This document shows positions 23,335 to 36,447 of a DNA stretch of 64,000 bases, in pieces. Under the pieces are notes generated by a model. The model ran no database searches. It saw only the letters and a program-made list of their open reading frames with translations, and was not told where the DNA came from. The stretch lies in the IMG/VR virus record IMGVR_UViG_3300029288_000147; one strand, written 5' to 3'. This DNA comes from an uncultured virus (IMG/VR IMGVR_UViG_3300029288_000147). Its lineage: Duplodnaviria; Heunggongvirae; Uroviricota; Caudoviricetes. Position 1 is the first letter of the stretch. Every line of letters starts with the position of its first letter. The position numbers were made by a program, and so were the translations under genes.

Positions 23335-24039
23335 TTAAACTAATTCCTTAAGTTTATTTATTCTACTTGGATCCCATAGAGTCATCCAATGAGTACCATC
23401 TTCATTTAATTCTTTAATAAAATCAGGTCTAACTAATTTTGCACGCTTTTGCTTTCTGTAATTTTTAACAACAATACCTTCCTTAAAACATGGAATATGC
23501 TTATTAGATATTTTATCAAATGAAAAAGAATTATATGCACTATTCCCATCAAGCATATTCATTATTTCTTTTTTATTAAAATATCCTTGGGCAATTAATG
23601 GAACACATTTTAAATTAAAATCATTACAAAATTTTTCTTTATCTGTACGATTTAAATAACCATAATTTTTATGAAAGACATCAAAACAAATAAACCAATC
23701 TGGTAATTCATTATAATATATATGATGAGTTGCCCACATAAATTCACCATATGCAATAACACCTTGAGGTATCTTAATTAAATCATTATAATGTTCAATA
23801 GACCAAGCTTTAAATCTTCCATATTGAGGATGTTCTGATGTGTCCACTAATGAACTTCTCTTTTGAAGTCTGAATTGATCTCTTTTGAGACCTATTATTC
23901 CTGTATTGGCACCATCTATTTTTTCTTCGACAATAACAAAACCTGTTAATAATTCTTTTAATTGTTGATCTGATATATTTAACTTATTAGATACTTCGGG
24001 GTGAGGTATTCTATATGTTTTTTCATATTCTCTAAACAT
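23335..24039 (-). CDS. ATP-dependent RNA ligase family protein
   Basis: Motif I EEKIDGAN, YGEF, FDV, EGIVVK, AKLV. Confidence 0.85.
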   Translation of the reverse strand: MFREYEKTYRIPHPEVSNKLNISDQQLKELLTGFVIVEEKIDGANTGIIGLKRDQFRLQKRSSLVDTSEHPQYGRFKAWSIEHYNDLIKIPQGVIAYGEFMWATHHIYYNELPDWFICFDVFHKNYGYLNRTDKEKFCNDFNLKCVPLIAQGYFNKKEIMNMLDGNSAYNSFSFDKISNKHIPCFKEGIVVKNYRKQKRAKLVRPDFIKELNEDGTHWMTLWDPSRINKLKELV

Positions 24040-25282
24040 TTTATTTAAAATCAGGCTCCATTTTTTTAATTCTTTGTGTTTTTGTTTCTTGTTTCAATCC
24101 ACAAATCTTACATGTTCTAACCCATCTATCAATTCTTCTTTCTGGAATATCACAACCACTATAATAATCTGATCCTTGTTTAATTGGTTCAATTTTTAAT
24201 GGGGGCTCAATGATTGGGTCAAAAATTGTTTCACCCCACTCATGATTACATCTTTCTTTAATTTTTCTTTTTTGTTCAATTAATTTTTCAAGCTCACTTT
24301 TTACTTCTTGCAAAGACATAATCCTTGCGTTTAGTTCTAAAATTTCTGGATTCATGATTTTTCCTAATTTTTTTCTTTTATATTAAAAAATGATCATAAA
24401 AATTTTATATTAATTTTTTGAATTATTTCATGAAATATAAGACGAAATAATTGGACCATCATTTGAAAAATTCTTTTTTGGTATAAATGGAAATGACCAA
24501 TGAATAAATTTATTATTTTTTATTCCATTTTTAAATTCTATTTTATCTGTTAAAAAAAATTGCTCTTTATTGAATTTTGCTTCTACAATTTCTAATGCTT
24601 TTTCATATGATTCTGCGGCAACTAAAAAATATCCTTTTTTCTTTTTTATTTTACCAGTTTTTTTAATTTTTAATTCAGTTATGAATGTTCCTGTAAATAA
24701 TTGAATATCTTTTTTGTTTTTCATTTGTCGTGTCCTAAACTTAAATCTAATTGGTTGCTATTCTTATTATGTGTTTTTTGAAAGTTTATAAATTTTATTG
24801 GGTTTTCTAATGTTCTCCAAAATCTAAATTTATGATTATTTTTTTTTAGAGCAACATCGTGATTCTTTAACCAAGTTTTTTTATAATACTTATTAATGTC
24901 TTTTGTTGAATCAATTTTTTCGATTAAAATCGATTGATCATAGGGTCCATTAAATTGACCATATGTTGGATCAACTAAATATAAACATTTACCAATCTTA
25001 CATAATATAGCGTAATGATTTTCTTCATATGACTTATCAGAATATATTTGATTAAAACAAACATATTTAATTGAAAAATCTCTTAGCATATTAACTAATA
25101 TAAATGAAGATATTGCACACCACCCACATAAATTATGTTTTGGGTTGCATAAAATACTACCTTGTATTTGAGAATGTTTATCTAATTTACTATTCGGGAT
25201 ACTTTCAAAATAATCATTTATTTTTTCGTGGACTAATTTACATTGAAATTGGAAAAAATCTTTAATGGTGTCCATTTTATTC

Positions 25283-25702
25283 TCATAGAAATTGAACTAC
25301 AAAAAATAAAGTAATGATAGCAGTATTTAGAAAGATATGATATCCATTATCTATGATGATATACATAGATGGGTACCAATTACTATTAGTTCCATTTTTA
25401 GCAATCAATATCATAAAATATTTCATCGGCCACTTATGCCTATCCTGGAAAAAATGGAACAAACCTATCAATGCCGAGCAAATAATAGAATATAACCAAC
25501 CTAGATATACACTGAATATTAAACAATGAGCTATAGAATAATATAAACAATGTTCAGCGCATGCTAGTGAATTTCTTGACTTTTCTATATGAAGTGGTTT
25601 TCCATTATGAGTCTTAAATGGGATTTGAAGCAAATAATCACCAACCCAATGTGCAAATAAAATCACTGGGAAATATAATAAAAGTAAAATTAAAATAAAC
25701 AT
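25283..25702 (-). CDS. DUF3307-like membrane protein
   Basis: AHWVGDYLLQ, HCLYY, HFFQD, DNGYH. Confidence 0.65.
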   Translation of the reverse strand: MFILILLLLYFPVILFAHWVGDYLLQIPFKTHNGKPLHIEKSRNSLACAEHCLYYSIAHCLIFSVYLGWLYSIICSALIGLFHFFQDRHKWPMKYFMILIAKNGTNSNWYPSMYIIIDNGYHIFLNTAIITLFFVVQFL

Positions 25703-26997
25703 TTCTACACTAACTTTTTATGAATTAATCTACAATAATATATTTTTCCATTTTTGCATATATTCTGATTCGAAATCAACTCTATTTTTTATTACATCAT
25801 CATCGTTAGGTTTATAAGATTTAAAATTCTTTATGTCATTAATGATGATTCTTATAAAAAGATAAGAAAAAATAACCAAGGCCAATATAACAATGACATT
25901 CACAAATGTCCAATTGGTATAGCTAAATTCTTTACCGAAATATTTTAATGTGTCAATTACAGGTTTCATTGTTACGAACAAATTTTAGATTTAATGAACT
26001 CAACACCAAATTTATAATTTTTTCCATTATTAAGATTTTCACAAATAATAGGAAATTTTTGCTTTCTGGATTTAATTCCAATTACAATATATTGTTCATC
26101 TTTATAAATAAATTTCTTTTGAAAATCTCTTTCTTTTAAACCATATTTATGACAACTTTTAGCAAAATCTCTTGCACGAATGAGTAAAACATCTGACCCC
26201 AACTTTACTTCAAAGCTATACTTAAACTGATCATCACTATAAACAAGTTTACCACCAAAAATCTTCATACCGTTTTTTTCACAATATTTACTAATTAAAT
26301 TACGTAAATCTTTGCTGATAACTTTGACATTTTGTTTATCGAATTTTTCCATTTTATAAAACCCTTTATAATTCTTTATATTCAAATTTGAATTGAGTAT
26401 CACTCATCACCTTAATATGACCATATACATTTCTAACAACCCAATTACCGGGATATACATCTTGGCCATCAACATATCCCATTCTTTGTGGTGGTATAAA
26501 ATTTGTTAAGCGTCCTAATGCAATCCCATATTTAAAATAACGTATGAATGGCAAATTATAAACTTTTGTATCATGTCCAATATCATCACCTTTCTTATTC
26601 CATTGAAATGCTTCAACATGTGGTGATTTTTGTGTATAATTAAATTTCATTTTAATACTCTTAGTTTAGAATTAAATAAATTACAATAGCAACTATATTA
26701 AAATTAGATAATGATACCACGGAAACAAGCTTCACTTACAAAAGCATCAACGACATAACAATCTGCTTTTGTTTCTTTGTTTTTAAATGCAACAATAGCT
26801 TGCTGAATTTTCGAATCAGGAATTGCTTGAACCATTCCATCAATTTGGTCTTCATCATATTGATAGTAGCAATAATTCGTATTGACACAATTTGTTGATT
26901 CGAGATTTGCTGAAGTTTGGTGAATTGAGCGAAGATTGCGAAAGTCGTTTTTCGAAATGAGAGTAGACATTGTAAAACCTTTATTTTTAATGTTATA

Positions 26998-27027
26998 ATA
27001 ATATAATAAAAAATCTTGTCATATAGA
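26998..27027 (-). promoter_or_regulatory. Conserved phage promoter motif, copy 5
   Basis: TCTATATGACA-N13-TATTAT upstream of ORF 26970. Confidence 0.7.
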
Positions 27028-27134
27028 AATGTTTATTATATTATTAAAAAATATACACTTAATATATTAAGTATAAAATAAATATGTACTTAATAAATAT
27101 AGATAATATATTATATAAGTACATATTTAATTTT

Positions 27135-27885
27135 TTATGCTTGCCAATATTCAAAAGTATCACAATCCATAATTGTTAATGGCCCACCATATCCAGCAGA
27201 AGTATCTAAATCAATTATCCGATCTTTTCTCATAAATGGTTTATATTCATTTCCATTACTTCCATAAAAGGTAAGAAGCTTAACTGGGGTGTGTCCAACA
27301 ATAAACATATAATTTTTGTAAATTTTAACAGGTAAATCATATTGAGCAAATCGTTGTATTATATCTCTGTCCCATATAAAATCATCTTCTTCAGATTTTT
27401 CAAATCCTTTTCCCATATTAAAGCCACCATGAACAAATATAATTTTTCTTTGTTCATCGATATAATATGGCAATAAATCATTTATAAATTTAATATGATC
27501 ATCTGGTATTTTATCAACTTCATAATCATAATATGCCATATGAATTCAATGTTCCATAACCACCTTGAGATAACCAATTTTTATCAATTTTTTTTGTCCT
27601 TATAAATTCCCTCAACCATTTATCATGATTTCCTAATAGACATATTCTATTTAAAACTATGTTAATTATTGTGTCTATTGTTTTCTTTGCATCAATAACT
27701 AATTTATTACATTGAGTTTGCTGTATTAAACCACCTCTACAACCATCTATATAATCACCTAAAAATATTATTGTATCATTTTCTTGGTTATAATTACATT
27801 TTAAGAGAACATATTTTAATTTTTGATGCCTTCCATGAATATCACCAATTACTAATTGTCTTTTTTTATCGTTCATAATTATCAT
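27135..27885 (-). pseudogene. Calcineurin-like metallophosphoesterase (PPP/ApaH-like) split into two frames
   Basis: GDIHG, GDYID, GNHD in 27526-27885; FVHGG, GHTP, DTSAG in 27135-27539; frame break near 27535. Confidence 0.75.
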
Positions 27886-28220
27886 CCCCTTGGTATATAC
27901 TTAAACCATCTTTCTTGTAATGTTGGTATAAAACCATTCATTTTATACCATGTTTCTAAATCTTTATAATTTGATCTCTTATTGCAAATATTTACCAAAA
28001 TCTGTATATTATTTTGATTAGAAAATTCTTTTACTTTTTTTAATATTCTATACCCAGCATCTTTTCTTTTTGAATTATTTGTAGTTATTTTTACAATACT
28101 ATAAAAATGTTCATTTAATCCAAATTTTTTCATAGTTGATACATCACTCTTATCAGTATACACAAGATCAATATATCCGCCAGCTTCATCCTTTATTTCT
28201 ACATTATATTCCATGAACAT
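27882..28220 (-). CDS. Possible GNAT-like protein
   Basis: KRKDAGYRIL and LETWYKMNGF resemble GNAT motifs. Confidence 0.4.
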   Translation of the reverse strand: MFMEYNVEIKDEAGGYIDLVYTDKSDVSTMKKFGLNEHFYSIVKITTNNSKRKDAGYRILKKVKEFSNQNNIQILVNICNKRSNYKDLETWYKMNGFIPTLQERWFKYIPRG

Positions 28221-30832
28221 AACCTAATATTTAATGCAAAAAATTATTTTCTTTTACTCTTACTCTCAAATTTTCTCATTTGTGATTTACCGTATTCAGT
28301 AATTATATGAATACCATTTCTATCTTTATCGATATAACCACTCATTCTCAATAAATTTAGTTGGCCCAAATTTTGAGGTGTTAATGTGTTATAAAAATTT
28401 TCCCTATTTTCTCTTAATTTCTTCATCAATGAATAATCATTTTGATTTAGCTTAGTCATTTTTGTTTTCCTTTTTGTTTTTATTCATGCTTAATTAAAAA
28501 GTCATTATTAATGACTTTAAATGATAATCTACCTAACTCAACATCAACGTCTTCTTCAACTGATCTAACAACAATACCTTATTATTCAATTTTCCTTTTT
28601 GTTGACATTAAAATTATTTTATCAGCAGTAGTTGATGCTTCCTCTATTGTATAAAAATCCCTTTCTAATAATTCTAATATAATTCTAACCTTCAATGTAT
28701 CAACATATTGATCTTGATAAGTAATAATAGTACCATCTTCTTTTACTGTTTCAATTCCTAATATTTGGGCGGCGCGATCTGCTGCGGCAGTTCCTGGATA
28801 TTTTTCAACAACTTGTTGGTATTCACCTTTATTAAAAATAATTTGTGCTCTTTGATTAGGCGTTGCGCAGCCTATTGCAATGACACCACATAATATAATA
28901 AAAGCAGCCCAAACAAAACATATCTTTTTAAAAGTGTTCATTTTAATTTTAACCATTATGATATTTTGCACCTGTTATTTGTGTACTTAATTCTCTCATG
29001 CATGCTTCATTAAAGCACCAATCATGCCATTGATTATGTGGTGAAAACAAAATTCTCTGTCTATAATCTTTTACATATTCTCTAATAATCCAATCTTTAA
29101 GATCGTCAAATATCTTTGGATCATTATAATTTATTTTTGTATTGGTATTATTTGTTTTTAATCGCACCCTAAAACCATTTTGTTGATGATTCTTTTACAA
29201 TTTTATGTAAATGACATAATGTAAATGTTGTTTTGCGAGCTTCTTTATATAACCAATGATTAATAACTTTCCTTATCTGTGTATATAAATACAATTCTTT
29301 AAATTTTTCATTAATTTGTTTGCGGAAATTAGAATATATTTCACTTTCACTTAGTGGGTATCTAATCTCAATTGTTATTTTATGCATAGTTTTTGGGCAA
29401 CATTCTCTTAACACCATATCTTCATCATAAAATAAACATGTAGATGCGCAAGAACCAGGAATTGTTGGAAAAATTGCAACTAATTTCCCATTTTCGACAA
29501 GTTCACGATAAACTACTATTACTGATCCAATGTATTTCATTTTAAAACCATCCTTTCCACTTTTTATTCTCTTTTTCTCGTCTTAGTCTTTCTTGTTTCT
29601 TTTTAGGGTCTCTTTGTTCAGCATAACATAAGTAACATGGTTGACCATTTAGATATTTTGAATCATCTTTTTGTACAAGAATATGATGAACATCACAATA
29701 ATGAATAATGGACGCAATTTCTTCATCATCCATAAATTTTGGGCGAAATGGAATTTCTTCCATAATTCCTTGTGTAATATCATACCATAATGTGAGATCA
29801 TCACTATACCATCTCCATCGTGGCGCAGTTGATGTTTCATCAAAACTTTCCCATTGTGAATAGTATGCATTACCATCTTTGTCAACTGCTCGCCACCCTT
29901 CGAAAACATCACTTGAATAATTACCTTTTACTTGTTTTGCTTCAACAATTGTGGCAACAATAATTTTATCTTCATCTTCACCCCAGCCATAAGGATGTGC
30001 CACGCTATGAAGAACTAATTTCTTTTTGTTTTCCATTTTTAAAATCCTTGTTATAATATTAAACTACTTTGCTGTTTTTGTCAGCTACTAAAATAATTAC
30101 CAAAACTGAAATTGCAATCATGCAATAAATTAACGGCATTTGGCTTACATAAATAATCATTTTTTATTCCTTAATTTTTATTGAGAATTTTTAAAAAAAT
30201 TTCTCATTCTCATGACAAAATTTCTGTCCATATTTTGGTGAACACAAACATATACTGTTGGTTCATCAGAAGTAAGTAGAGGTGATGATGATGGGTTATA
30301 TTGTGGATGTGTGTAATAAAAAGAAACTAAATTACCATTTTGCCAAGTAATTCCTTGTTCATCTTATAATACATTGTTCTATATTAAATCTTTCTCTATT
30401 TGGTAATGGATTTGTATGAGCGATTTGCCCTATGAAATCATTTCGGTTTGAATTTGATATAATAAAAGTTTCTGAATCAAAAGTTATAAATTGATCTTGA
30501 AAATTTCTGATTGTTATTTCCATTTTTCCAATTCTTTAATTTTAATACAAAGTTCTCCAAAAGGCTTTTTCAGATGCAGATCGAAGGTCCTGAACTTTTT
30601 TCATTGTATCAAGAAGTGCATTATATTTCTTAACAGCTTCAACCCAACTTGTTCCTTGAACCGTAATATATGATGGATCCTCTAATCCACGGAACATTAC
30701 AGTTCCTTGCAATTTATAAGATTTTGGTTTTGATTCCAAAACATCAAGATTGTGTTTCTTTACAAATTGAAGTGCTTTCTTAAGCAATATATCATCCATC
30801 AGATTTTCTCCTGTCTTTCGTTATTTATTGAT

Positions 30833-31105
30833 CTAATTACTATCTTTTTGATCCATTTTAACCCACCACTCTTGTTGGAATGTCATTCTATCAAATAAAT
30901 ATCTTTGATCCCAATTACGTGATTCAAAACAATCTTGGTGATAATGATAAGCAGCATTTTCAAATCTATCTATATCCCAACATTCAGGTAAAGGTTTACT
31001 GAAATCGATATTATTTACATTATCAACTTTATAAAATCTACCGCAGTAATATTTAAATCCATTAGATTTTATTCAATTAATAAATCGATAAAAATCGGTA
31101 CTCAT
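30833..31105 (-). pseudogene. 90-codon ORF with in-frame TGA at codon 11
   Basis: SD AAAGGA + ATG; MSTDFYRFIN*IKSNGFKYYCGRF...; frame stays open to TAG at 30833. Confidence 0.55.
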
Positions 31106-31132
31106 TTCTTATTCCTTTATTGTTTGGTTATA

Positions 31133-31162
31133 ATAATATAATAATATTTTTTGTCATATAGA
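31133..31162 (-). promoter_or_regulatory. Conserved phage promoter motif, copy 6
   Basis: TCTATATGACA-N13-TATTAT. Confidence 0.7.
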
Positions 31163-31282
31163 AATTAATACTTTATTATAAATATAAAGTTTATATATAA
31201 AAAGCATCAAATATATATAAAAACATAAGTTCAATATATTCAATGCTTTATTATATAAGTAATTAATTATTATATACTTATT

Positions 31283-31813
31283 TTAATCTAATTTATACCC
31301 AATTGTAATAATCGCGAATGGAATAAAATTACTTTTCTCTTCTTGAGTTTCATACCATAATTCTGATATAAATTTTAAAATACTTTCGTTGTTAGGATCT
31401 AAACCAACCCAACATGCGCCCAAATCCAAACTATGAGCTGCCAATAAAATATTTTCAACTGCAGCAGAACAATCTTGCTGAAAATATGCCCATTGATATT
31501 TATTATTTAACGCGCAATTATCATATGATACTAATATTGCAGAATATGCATGCCATAATGGTTCATTATTCCCAAGCCATACACTATTAGTGCTAACAAG
31601 TTGTTCTCTATTTTTATTAATTTTAAATCTAAATGGGTGTTCATTCCCAGCAGATGGTGCAGCATTACCACATTGAATTAATTTTTTAATTAATTCTATA
31701 GCTACTGGTTTTTCTTTATATTCCCTAACACTTCGTCTTGTTAAGATGCATTCAATTGCTTCCATTCTTTTAATATCTCCTCTTCTTGCGTTAAAAACAA
31801 ATGGCATGGACAT
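31283..31813 (-). CDS. Nitroreductase family protein
   Basis: RRSVREY, AAPSAGN, DCSAAVENILLAAHSLDLGACW; true start probably MEAIE. Confidence 0.88.
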   Translation of the reverse strand: MSMPFVFNARRGDIKRMEAIECILTRRSVREYKEKPVAIELIKKLIQCGNAAPSAGNEHPFRFKINKNREQLVSTNSVWLGNNEPLWHAYSAILVSYDNCALNNKYQWAYFQQDCSAAVENILLAAHSLDLGACWVGLDPNNESILKFISELWYETQEEKSNFIPFAIITIGYKLD

Positions 31814-32532
31814 TTACAATTTTCTTGTGTACAAAAATATCTAAAATATTTTGCCTTATCAATTAATTTTTTTGTATTATTTAAATATTTTTCATCATAT
31901 TTGACAAAATTATCTTCACATTCGAAGTTATGTGAATTTTCTCCACAAAATCTTATTCTATCAACTCCAAAATTTATTGTAGCAACATCCAAACCAATAC
32001 CATTAAATATACATCCACTTTGTAGCATGTCTACAAAAAATTCAGAATTTTTTCCTATATAATCCTTAGCTCTTCCTTTATCTCTTAAAACTACACAATT
32101 ATTAATTGATAATTTGTGACACATTTGTGAGTATTGTTTTACTTTTGATAAATGCCCTTTGTGTCTTTCATGAAATATACTTCTTCCTATATTAATTGTT
32201 GATATAAAACGTTTATTTTCTATTTTGTCATCTATATCTATACTTCCGTTAGTATGCAATTCAATATAGAGTTTTTTACGATTTAATATTTGAAATGTTT
32301 CAAATTTATACATTATATATTTGAATAAAGGATGTAATGTTGGTTCACCTCCAGTAATACCAATAATACCAACTTCTTTTTTATTTTCTTCCAAATATTT
32401 TTCTATAAAACTTAATGCGAAATCTACCTCATATTCACTCATATGATTTCCATCAGGTGAGCAATTATGGCAACAATGTTCACATCTGAAATTACATTTT
32501 TCAGTTAAGTATAAATTAAAAACTATGTTCAT
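31741..32532 (-). CDS. Radical SAM protein
   Basis: CNFRCEHC, TGGEPTLHP, TNG; C-terminal Cys cluster. Confidence 0.85.
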   Translation of the reverse strand: MNIVFNLYLTEKCNFRCEHCCHNCSPDGNHMSEYEVDFALSFIEKYLEENKKEVGIIGITGGEPTLHPLFKYIMYKFETFQILNRKKLYIELHTNGSIDIDDKIENKRFISTINIGRSIFHERHKGHLSKVKQYSQMCHKLSINNCVVLRDKGRAKDYIGKNSEFFVDMLQSGCIFNGIGLDVATINFGVDRIRFCGENSHNFECEDNFVKYDEKYLNNTKKLIDKAKYFRYFCTQENCKCPCHLFLTQEEEILKEWKQLNAS

Positions 32533-32550
32533 GATGTTATTTTATATCAA

Positions 32551-33444
32551 TTAACGATCACCAAGAATCAATGGAAGGCCATTTTTTGATGAACCGATAA
32601 TTACAACTTTTGTGTTAGGTGATTTTGCAATTTCTTGTGTTGCTTCAATACCTTTCCATTCAAGTAATTGCTGATCAATTCCTTTCTTAACAATTTCTTG
32701 GAATTTTTGGATACCAGTTGCTTCAATTTCTTTTCTTTCAGCTTCTTGTCTTTCTTTTTGAAGGACAAAAGTCATTCTTTGTGCGTCTTGTTCTGCTCTC
32801 AATTTTTCTTCAATAGAATTTGATACCCTTTCAGGAAGATGAACTGATCTTAAAAGAACATTTTCAACAAATACACTTCTTTTTGTCAACACATTACTCA
32901 TCAATGAATCCATTTGCAAGGCTAACAATTCTCTATTAGATGTATAAAGAGCTTGCGCTTCATATGATGCTGTAATACCTCTTGTAACACTTCTAAAATT
33001 TGGCTCAATAATAATAGATTTATAATTTGATCCAATTTCTCTATAAAGTTTAGGTGCCATATTAGGGTCAATATGGAATAATAGTGATGCTTCTAATTCT
33101 ATAGATAGTCCTTCCTTTGAAGGAACGCTCATTGTTTCTTTTAGCTCTTGTGTTTTAATAGACATTTTTTCAATATGAGCAAATGGATTAACTAAATGAA
33201 TTCCAGGATTTAATGACCTATCAGGAACTTTACCAAAGACGTCAATTACACCAACATGACCGGCTGGAACTTGTGTTAGTAATGACATAATGAAAAGTAT
33301 TGCAGAAATAGACAATAGTGGAAGCCCAATAAAGCCTCTCATATTAAATTTCTTTTGTTCGTTATATGTCGTCTGATATGAGATATAACCTTTCGCGATA
33401 ACAATAATTGAAATAATTGCCAATACAATTGAAAAATAAATCAT
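32551..33444 (-). CDS. SPFH/prohibitin family membrane protein
   Basis: Two N-terminal TMs, VPAGHVGV, PGIH..NPF, coiled-coil AEQ..EAERK. Confidence 0.88.
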   Translation of the reverse strand: MIYFSIVLAIISIIVIAKGYISYQTTYNEQKKFNMRGFIGLPLLSISAILFIMSLLTQVPAGHVGVIDVFGKVPDRSLNPGIHLVNPFAHIEKMSIKTQELKETMSVPSKEGLSIELEASLLFHIDPNMAPKLYREIGSNYKSIIIEPNFRSVTRGITASYEAQALYTSNRELLALQMDSLMSNVLTKRSVFVENVLLRSVHLPERVSNSIEEKLRAEQDAQRMTFVLQKERQEAERKEIEATGIQKFQEIVKKGIDQQLLEWKGIEATQEIAKSPNTKVVIIGSSKNGLPLILGDR

Positions 33445-33456
33445 GTTTTTCTCCTT

Positions 33457-34101
33457 TTATTTTTTTCTTCTCATTTTATTACTGTATAACATTACTCTGT
33501 TATCAGTTTCTTTTGTTAATCCTTTATTCCATGGGATTTGAAGATTTTTTTTCCCTTTATTCCATGGTATTTTACCCTTTAATGATTTTTTTAATTTATT
33601 AATTGTTTCCTGAGATAATGATTTACTAGCACATTTAATACTAATTAATTTCATCCTTTCATCAGTTTCTTTTGTTAATCCTTTATTCCAAGGTATCTGT
33701 GCTCCTTTTTTTCCTTTATTCCATGGTATTTGTCCTTTATGTGATTCACTTAATTTTCTTTTAGTTTCTTGAGACGGTTTATAATTTAATCTATAAAGTC
33801 CGCAAGTGATATTACATAAATTTCGCAATCCAATTTTCTTTATTTTACTTTTTTCAATTCTATATGCTTCTTTTTCATTATATGTTTCGAAAATCTTTTT
33901 ATAAATTGGTTTATAATTTTCTTTGATTAATTCTTTTAATTTTTCATATAGTTTTTGATTAAGGTTTGATTTTCTGGATTTTAATGCTAATTTATAATGT
34001 ATATACATCCTTTTTCCATGACCTTTGCCTACATAAAATATTTTATTATCTCTTGGGTCAATAAGTTCATATACATAATAAGATTTAGTTTTTTCTTCCA
34101 T
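33457..34101 (-). CDS. GIY-YIG homing endonuclease with NUMOD3/IPWNKG repeats
   Basis: YVYELIDPR..FYVGKG..R; four IPWNKG repeats. Confidence 0.82.
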   Translation of the reverse strand: MEEKTKSYYVYELIDPRDNKIFYVGKGHGKRMYIHYKLALKSRKSNLNQKLYEKLKELIKENYKPIYKKIFETYNEKEAYRIEKSKIKKIGLRNLCNITCGLYRLNYKPSQETKRKLSESHKGQIPWNKGKKGAQIPWNKGLTKETDERMKLISIKCASKSLSQETINKLKKSLKGKIPWNKGKKNLQIPWNKGLTKETDNRVMLYSNKMRRKK

Positions 34102-34182
34102 AATTTCTCCTATACTTAATAATTGACGTTTACAATTATAAATATATATAAATTATGGGAAGTATCAACTTTTTATAAATAA

Positions 34183-34725
34183 TTAGTTTCTAACACCTTT
34201 AACGATCAAATCCGCTGCCGTAGTTGCAGCCCATGAATCTGGTTTAATTTTTCCATTAAATCCCATTCCAGTTATATATCCAAGTGCTGCCGAAACAACA
34301 CCATTTGATTTATGAGCCGGATTTGGATTATAATCACAGTGAATACTCATAGGAATGGCATATTCATTGCACAAATCAACAAGTTTTGTAGCAGCAGCTA
34401 ATGAATATTCTGCTTCTCTAATCAATCTGCTTTCCATATTCATTTTAATTTTTTCTACATTTCTGCAGAAAAATACTGCCCCACCACTTTTCTCAAAATA
34501 TAAAATTACGACAAGTGCGAAATAAACAAATGGTCCTCTTTTTTTTGAGTCAGTTCCAATAAATAATTCTGGATTCTTATTAAAATTATCTTCATTATCA
34601 ATAAGAAGTTTTTCTAATCTTGATTTTAATTCATCAATTCCAAATTTTTCACCTTTACTTTCAAGCCTTTTAAATTTGAAATTGCGCAACAAATCTTCTA
34701 CTGACTTTATTTCACCTGAAAACAT
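34183..34725 (-). CDS. RNase H-like YkuK (DUF458) family protein
   Basis: FIGTDS, RLIREAEYS, IHCDYN, KPDSWAATTAAD. Confidence 0.75.
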   Translation of the reverse strand: MFSGEIKSVEDLLRNFKFKRLESKGEKFGIDELKSRLEKLLIDNEDNFNKNPELFIGTDSKKRGPFVYFALVVILYFEKSGGAVFFCRNVEKIKMNMESRLIREAEYSLAAATKLVDLCNEYAIPMSIHCDYNPNPAHKSNGVVSAALGYITGMGFNGKIKPDSWAATTAADLIVKGVRN

Positions 34726-34751
34726 TTTTTATTCCTTATGTTTTTAATCTC

Positions 34752-35315
34752 TTACTCAAATTCATCATAACTGTCTTCATCTTCAATAAATGTAATATCA
34801 ATTTTTATAGCTTCGTTATTACCATCATATGTTACAAGTCCATTATATGAACCATCACCAAATCCTGATGAAGAAACACAACCATGTTCAAAGCATCCAG
34901 CACTTTCTTCGCTTAATGAAATTTCTGAAATCATACGATACCATTCATCACCTTCATTTTCACAATAATGATCCCCCCATTCTTTTGTAAGATTAGGAAC
35001 AAAATCTTTTGCGTCTTCATCATTTTTATAATGTTCAAAGTCTACAATTGACATTTGGCCAGAATCTACACAAAGATTTTTAATCATAACGCCACGCTTT
35101 AAAGACTCATCATATTGATAACTTTCATGACGGGCAATAATGCCTGCAACTCTATCACCCCATGGTCCTTCATCGCTATAGCATACTTCAAAAAACCATT
35201 TTCCATTTTTTGCTTTAACAACCTTTAAATAATCTTGAACTACATTTTCATCACATCGATAACATGGGTCACTAATAACTAATTTACCACTTGTTACATT
35301 AAACGAATCATTCAT
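34752..35315 (-). CDS. DUF4241-like protein
   Basis: SGKLVISDPCY, VDSGQ, SGFGDGSY. Confidence 0.65.
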   Translation of the reverse strand: MNDSFNVTSGKLVISDPCYRCDENVVQDYLKVVKAKNGKWFFEVCYSDEGPWGDRVAGIIARHESYQYDESLKRGVMIKNLCVDSGQMSIVDFEHYKNDEDAKDFVPNLTKEWGDHYCENEGDEWYRMISEISLSEESAGCFEHGCVSSSGFGDGSYNGLVTYDGNNEAIKIDITFIEDEDSYDEFE

Positions 35316-36447
35316 TGTTATTTCCTTTATTATTTAATCCAAAATCATACATTGTTTTCATTGTTTGAATTAACATTTCTTCTATATTTTCGTCAAACTT
35401 TTTACCAAATTGTTTTTTCATAAAAGAAATTGTAATAAGACATGTTTCTATAATTTCCTTTTTGTTCTCACATTTATTGAATAATTTGTTAAGAACATTG
35501 TATATATTGTCACTTTTATTCATCATACTTATTTCTTGAATTAATTTTTGCCTTAATTCTTTTTGTTATTTTTTTCTGTGTTTGTTCCTGTTTAAACTGA
35601 TACTTATCAATATCAATTTCATTAATTCTTTTTGAATTGTAAATATTCACTAAATCTTTTGTGTTCATTTTCAAACTATTCTTTTTGTTTTTGGTATAAA
35701 GCTTTCACATAGCTTAAGAAATTCTATCCAACTATCTTCATCGTAAAATGTGATATAAAATCCATTGCAATATGCTGTTACTTCATAATCACCTTCATCA
35801 TCTTGATCTATCGATACATCAATACTTTTATCATATCGATTGAACTTATTAGAAACAAGTGATTTGATATAATCAATATCTTTTTTTTTCATTTTGGTAT
35901 AATTATTTTTAATTCAGGATCATATAAAAATTTATATCCAACTATTACTATATTACGACCATAAAATGGATTTGCTTGATCATTTTTAAAATGATTTCTA
36001 TACCATTATATCAAAATTTATTTGTTTTACAATAAATTTTTTTCGTATATTAAATGGATAATTAAAATATGGATTTTTTTGTATAGATGCTTGCGCATGA
36101 TGTTTTTTTTCATATTTTGTAGCTGATTCAATACTCCCAACCAAATATCCACCATAATTTGCTTTTTTGAAGTAGTGATCACCTTTTATACTTTGTATAA
36201 CAAAAAATTTCATGTTTTGTTATTCCTTCTTAACAAACATCACACCATTTAGCACAAGTGGCCAATAAATTATCATAATCACTTGACATTGCTTCTTTCT
36301 GAAATTGTTTAATCATTTCTGATGTATATTGCTTATCTTTTTTCATTTCTCGTTGACAAATACCCATCAAATTAAATGCATTTCCATCTTGCCCAATAAG
36401 TTTCACCTTGCATTTCTTTTTAGGCGGCGGGAATTCATTTTCGTTTT

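Noticed and set aside
30833..31105. In-frame TGA suggesting stop-codon reassignment
   Set aside because: Isolated case; many genes end cleanly at TGA or TAG and long ORFs are intact under code 11. More likely a TGG>TGA mutation or an error.
33480..33740. DNA direct repeats within the GIY-YIG gene
   Set aside because: They simply encode the IPWNKG/LTKETD protein repeats of homing endonucleases.
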